DNA from: an uncultured virus (IMG/VR IMGVR_UViG_3300025732_000034)
Lineage: Duplodnaviria; Heunggongvirae; Uroviricota; Caudoviricetes
DNA length: 20,000 bases
Reading direction: 5' to 3' (one strand)
Virus record (IMG/VR): IMGVR_UViG_3300025732_000034
Made by a program: the position numbers and the translations under genes. The notes below the pieces were generated by a model. The model was not told the DNA's origin. It did no database searches and was given only the letters and a program-made list of their open reading frames with translations. Numbering within the stretch: the first letter of the stretch is position 1; every line of letters starts with the position of its first letter. Below are positions 16,919-20,000 of the stretch, one piece after another.

Positions 16919-17104
16919 TTATTTGATCTTGTTCAGAACCTTGGCAACCGTCGCCTTGACGTTGGTGCCGCTGGGGATGCTACCGTGACAGCCCATACCG
17001 GGCATCTTGGAGTAGGTTTCTTTGTTGCGGTCGGGCATGCCACCACCAGAAATCTTGGGTTCGCGGGCGTTCAGCTTGCTGATGGGTTCGAGGTGTTTGC
17101 TCAT
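16919..17104 (-). CDS. Small basic hypothetical protein
   Basis: 61 aa, Lys/Gly-rich. ATGA overlap with the upstream ORF; ends 3 nt before the portal ATG. Confidence 0.55.
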   Translation of the reverse strand: MSKHLEPISKLNAREPKISGGGMPDRNKETYSKMPGMGCHGSIPSGTNVKATVAKVLNKIK

Positions 17105-17253
17105 TTTTTGCCTTTCGATGCGGATTTGTGCGCTGCCGCACGTTTGACACTGTATGCGATGGCGACGGCTTGCTTGACCGGTTTACCAGCCTTGACTTCA
17201 GCTTTCACGTTCTTGCGGAACGCTTCTTTGCCGGTGGATTTGACGAGTGGCAT
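17101..17253 (-). CDS. Small Lys-rich hypothetical protein
   Basis: Not in ORF track. Hand translation MPLVKSTGKEAFRKNVKAEVKAGKPVKQAVAIAYSVKRAAAHKSASKGKK (50 aa); an in-frame ATG at 17259 is an alternative start. The KQAVAIA motif is familiar from small phage proteins near terminase/portal genes. Confidence 0.7.
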   Translation of the reverse strand: MPLVKSTGKEAFRKNVKAEVKAGKPVKQAVAIAYSVKRAAAHKSASKGKK

Positions 17254-17255
17254 TG

Positions 17256-17411
17256 TCATTTCCCTTTCTTTGCGGTCTTCGCTGACTCGCGGAATGCTTT
17301 GTCGGTGGGTGCACCCTTGGTTCCTGGCTTACGCATTTTCTCTTTCGAGCCAGCAGCGATGCGCTCACGTTTAGCGTGGATGTTAGCGTAAAGTCCGGGT
17401 TTTGTCGCCAT
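17256..17411 (-). CDS. Small Lys/Arg-rich hypothetical protein
   Basis: Likely start at ATG 17411: MATKPGLYANIHAKRERIAAGSKEKMRKPGTKGAPTDKAFRESAKTAKKGK (51 aa). The track start at 17498 overlaps the upstream gene. Confidence 0.7.
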   Translation of the reverse strand: MATKPGLYANIHAKRERIAAGSKEKMRKPGTKGAPTDKAFRESAKTAKKGK

Positions 17412-17413
17412 GA

Positions 17414-17674
17414 TCAGCACTTCCAGCGTTTTAATGATGCTTTGGCGCGTTCCGCGTCGCCCTTGGCGTTCTTGACAACGCCCTCCATTCGGGCGCAAAA
17501 CGAGGCTTTACGGCCTGCATCGGCTTTGGTTTTGGGGTTTGGGGCAGGAGCCTTTAACTTACTACCGGTTTCGCGGTTGTACTTCTCGCGTCCTTTGGCA
17601 GTCAAGCCTGCTCCCTTGGACACGGGTAGCTTCTCGCCCCGTCCAACGCTGAGAGACACGCTTTTCTTTGCCAT
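17414..17674 (-). CDS. Small basic hypothetical protein (DUF6321-like)
   Basis: 86 aa; GAGLTAKGREKYNRETGSKLKAP...RKASFCARM...SLKRWKC. Abuts the terL stop. Confidence 0.7.
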   Translation of the reverse strand: MAKKSVSLSVGRGEKLPVSKGAGLTAKGREKYNRETGSKLKAPAPNPKTKADAGRKASFCARMEGVVKNAKGDAERAKASLKRWKC

Positions 17675-19216
17675 TTACGCTCCCATCCAAGAGGTTGTGA
17701 TGCCCTGCACCCCAGCGGGTCTGCGGATATCTGTGCGCGAATTGTACTCTCGATGGGCGACAGGAAACGCAAAGGTCACGGCCAGCGCATCTGCGGCGTC
17801 GGGCGACGATAGTCCTCGTGCTTTCATTTCCTTCTTACCCTCCAAGAATATGGTGCCAGCGGAGTTGGGCTTCTTCATGGGGCCGGTCAGGTCAGTTTTT
17901 AACTGTCTGTCCTGGGGAAGTGCCGCTGTTTTCAGCCATTCCCGCATCGCGCCCCACATCTCAGCCCGTTTGTTACCCCACATGACAGGGTTCTTCGCTT
18001 TCCAGCCAAAGTTGACCCCGCGTACTTTGTACCGCTGCTCATTCAATCTGTCAAGTATCCCGTACCCCAGGCCACCCTCGTCGATGACGGTGAGCGTGGG
18101 CTTGAACTCCTCGATCATGTCGATGACGTTGCCCACAGTCGTCATGGTGTCGTCGCCCTTGAAGCGCCGTATCGCCACGATGTCACGCCCCTGGCGCACC
18201 ACCATGACTGTGGAGTCCATGCCTCCGCGGGCTGGGTCGACACCGAGCACCACGGGTGCGCTCATGTCCTTGTACTTGGGCCGCTTCATGGCATCCTCGA
18301 CCACTGACGGCATGATGAACTGGTCATCGCCGCTCTTAGGGAAATCCCCATACACCTCGACGCGGGCTTCGTCGCTGTCTTCACCGTACTCGGCGATGAT
18401 CTGCTCGTAGATCGACTTGTCGGTGCCCTCGACGGTCCGCGCATCGATCTTTCGGCTCCTCCAAAAGTCCCGCTTGTTGCCGTCCACCGCCTCGTAAAAG
18501 TACCCGGTGTTGCGACGACCGTTTGAGAACGCCAGCCAGTAGCGATCCAAAATGTTCTCGGTGAAGAAGCCCGCAGCCACGGACCAGATCGAGTCGGGAA
18601 TACCGCTGGCCTCGTCGAAGATCACCATCATGCCGTCCATGTTGTGAACACCGGCGTATGCGTCTGGGTTCTCCTCGCTCCACAGCTTGCCCTCAGCGCC
18701 CCAGTAGCGTGTGCCCTTCTTCAAGTCACGCTCCACCAGGTCGGTCAACCAGGCAGCAGGTGCGAGTTTCGTAGCCGACGGCTCCCACCAATGCGCGTTG
18801 ATGCTCATCGTGGCCCACTTGGTCAACTCACCCCAGGTGACCGTTCGCAACTGTGTCTCGCTGTTAGCTGATACGACGACAGACGAGCCAATCCTGGTTG
18901 TCAGCATCCACAGGATCAGCCACGACACGAGGGCTGACTTCCCCACCCCGCGACCTGACGATACCGCTTCACGCAGCGCGTCGATCATCTCATCCGCGCT
19001 TATGCGTCCCCGATTCTCTTTGATGAACTCGGCAATCTCACGAAGCACCTCGCGCTGCCATCTCCTTGGCCCCTTGAACCGCTCAAGCGGCGTGTTCGGC
19101 TGACCCCACGGAAACGCAAACAGCACGAACGTCTCTGGGTTGTCTGCAATCTGCGGACTCCACAACTGCGTCATTAGCAGTTGCTCCTCCTCTGGGCTGT
19201 ACCTGAGTCGCTGCAT
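17675..19216 (-). CDS. terL: Terminase large subunit
   Basis: Walker A SSGRGVGKS, Walker B MVIFDEASG, RNase H-like nuclease motifs LGVDPARGGMD, VIDEGGLG and SPDAADALA. ATG at 19216 with SD AAGGAG (GTG at 19219 is an alternative). Confidence 0.93.
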   Translation of the reverse strand: MQRLRYSPEEEQLLMTQLWSPQIADNPETFVLFAFPWGQPNTPLERFKGPRRWQREVLREIAEFIKENRGRISADEMIDALREAVSSGRGVGKSALVSWLILWMLTTRIGSSVVVSANSETQLRTVTWGELTKWATMSINAHWWEPSATKLAPAAWLTDLVERDLKKGTRYWGAEGKLWSEENPDAYAGVHNMDGMMVIFDEASGIPDSIWSVAAGFFTENILDRYWLAFSNGRRNTGYFYEAVDGNKRDFWRSRKIDARTVEGTDKSIYEQIIAEYGEDSDEARVEVYGDFPKSGDDQFIMPSVVEDAMKRPKYKDMSAPVVLGVDPARGGMDSTVMVVRQGRDIVAIRRFKGDDTMTTVGNVIDMIEEFKPTLTVIDEGGLGYGILDRLNEQRYKVRGVNFGWKAKNPVMWGNKRAEMWGAMREWLKTAALPQDRQLKTDLTGPMKKPNSAGTIFLEGKKEMKARGLSSPDAADALAVTFAFPVAHREYNSRTDIRRPAGVQGITTSWMGA

Positions 19217-19374
19217 CACTGCTCCTTGAGTTGACCGGTTTCGTACTTCTCACGCCCGTCGAGCGAGTTGTGAATCAACACATCGTGCTCCTCGTCATAC
19301 TCGGGGCAACACCAGCAGTCGCGCCCCTCAATGATATGGTCGCGCAAATCGTTGATCGGGTAAACGTGGTTCAC
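19216..19374 (-). CDS. 52-aa His/Cys-rich putative metal-binding protein
   Basis: Not in ORF track. GTG start: MNHVYPINDLRDHIIEGRDCWCCPEYDEEHDVLIHNSLDGREKYETGQLKEQ. GTGA overlap with the terS stop and TGATG overlap with the terL start. Confidence 0.7.
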   Translation of the reverse strand: MNHVYPINDLRDHIIEGRDCWCCPEYDEEHDVLIHNSLDGREKYETGQLKEQ

Positions 19375-19931
19375 GATTCATTCTCCAGTTGTTTGGGTTC
19401 AACGTCAATCACTTCAGCCTCGACGATCCGCATCTGAGCCTGCTGGAGCGCCTCAGTAATCGAGATCGATCCGGCCACCTCGACCTGCTTGACTTCACCA
19501 TAACGCTTCTTGTTCCAAGCGCCCATGAGCCACTTGCGAGTGTCGATCTTCAACTTCGAGCGCTGCACATCCTCGAGCGTGTCGTCCGCATCAGCAATCT
19601 CGAGAATCTCACCGGCAATAAACTCTGTTCTGCTTTCTTGCGCTTCCTTGAATCGCTCATGGCGCATCGGGTCACGCTTGACCCAGCGCAGGAAATCCTC
19701 GTAGCTGATCACACGATAGTCATCTTCGAGTAAGGACTGGAGTGAGCGCCCACGATAGACCTGTTCGATGACGCGCTCAAACATCTGCTGATACTGGGTG
19801 TGTAGCAGTTCCTTCGAGGCTGCGGGCAGCTTCGGCGGTTTGGGGTCAGGCACGGACAGCCAGTTGGGCAATTCGATTGATTGTTCACTGGCGACAGCCG
19901 TGCCTACGGATTTAGGGTTGCCTTGTTCCAT
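19371..19931 (-). CDS. terS: Terminase small subunit (Sf6 gp1-like)
   Basis: Helix-turn-helix-like GRSLQSLLEDD..ISYEDFLRWV followed by EILEIAD...RSKLKIDTRKWLMGAWNKKRYGE, typical of Sf6-type small terminases. Likely start ATG 19931 (MEQGNPK); the track's TTG start at 19970 coincides with a -35 element. Confidence 0.85.
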   Translation of the reverse strand: MEQGNPKSVGTAVASEQSIELPNWLSVPDPKPPKLPAASKELLHTQYQQMFERVIEQVYRGRSLQSLLEDDYRVISYEDFLRWVKRDPMRHERFKEAQESRTEFIAGEILEIADADDTLEDVQRSKLKIDTRKWLMGAWNKKRYGEVKQVEVAGSISITEALQQAQMRIVEAEVIDVEPKQLENES

Positions 19932-19941
19932 AGTGCTGTTG

Positions 19942-19970
19942 ATGCTAACACGGTTCTTTTTGGGATGCAA
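19942..19970 (-). promoter_or_regulatory. Candidate sigma70-type promoter for the packaging operon
   Basis: TTGCAT (19970-19965), 17-bp spacer ending TGT (extended -10 TGn), TAGCAT (19947-19942), then 10 nt to the terS ATG. Confidence 0.5.
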
Positions 19971-19995
19971 TGAACCCAGTGGGTTCTAGGGTTCA
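19971..19995. repeat. GAACCC/GGGTTC inverted and direct repeat cluster
   Basis: Plus strand TGAACCC-AGT-GGGTTC-TA-GGGTTCA: one GAACCC and two GGGTTC copies immediately upstream of the putative -35. Confidence 0.55.
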
Positions 19996-20000
19996 AAAAA

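Noticed and set aside
17095..17115. Possible -1 frameshift at GGC AAA AAA TGA fusing the 50-aa and 61-aa ORFs
   Set aside because: Not a canonical X XXY YYZ slippery heptamer and no stimulatory structure seen; an ordinary ATGA overlap explains it.
17376..18410. 344-aa plus-strand ORF
   Set aside because: Antisense to terL and the small basic genes; Ser/Pro-rich without motifs.
19231..19437. 68-aa plus-strand ORF in the terS-terL gap
   Set aside because: The minus-strand 52-aa ORF fits the operon with overlaps at both ends and is the better call.
19932..19970. 13-codon N-terminal extension of terS from TTG at 19970
   Set aside because: Coincides with the putative -35/-10 promoter elements and has no SD; ATG 19931 preferred.

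Overview
This window is the virion morphogenesis region of a tailed dsDNA bacteriophage with P22-like (podovirus) architecture. All credible genes are on the minus strand. In transcription order (right to left): terminase small subunit, a 52-aa His/Cys protein, terminase large subunit, four tiny Lys-rich proteins, P22-type portal, a Dps/ferritin-like protein, an 88-aa beta protein, a lower-GC three-gene receptor-binding module (anchor/adaptor, fibre, pectate-lyase-like tailspike), a sigma70-type promoter with a structured leader, scaffold, P22-type major capsid, two putative decoration proteins, gp4-like adaptor, gp10-like tail hub, a long gp26-like needle/fibre, a 111-aa protein, a cupin, and three ejection proteins (gp7/gp20/gp16-like, the last running off the left edge). 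Three genes missing from the ORF track were found by hand (<1..1301, 17101..17253, 19216..19374) and three starts were corrected (17411, 19216, 19931). The most notable items are a candidate pseudoknot leader without a Shine-Dalgarno (SD) upstream of the scaffold, three serial UUCG hairpins, a probably near-leaderless terS transcript, a Dps-like gene coupled to the portal, a cupin in the P22 gp14 slot, and a split tailspike system between portal and scaffold. Family assignments come from motif recognition and synteny; no database search was run. No tRNA, CRISPR array, integrase or reverse transcriptase was seen.
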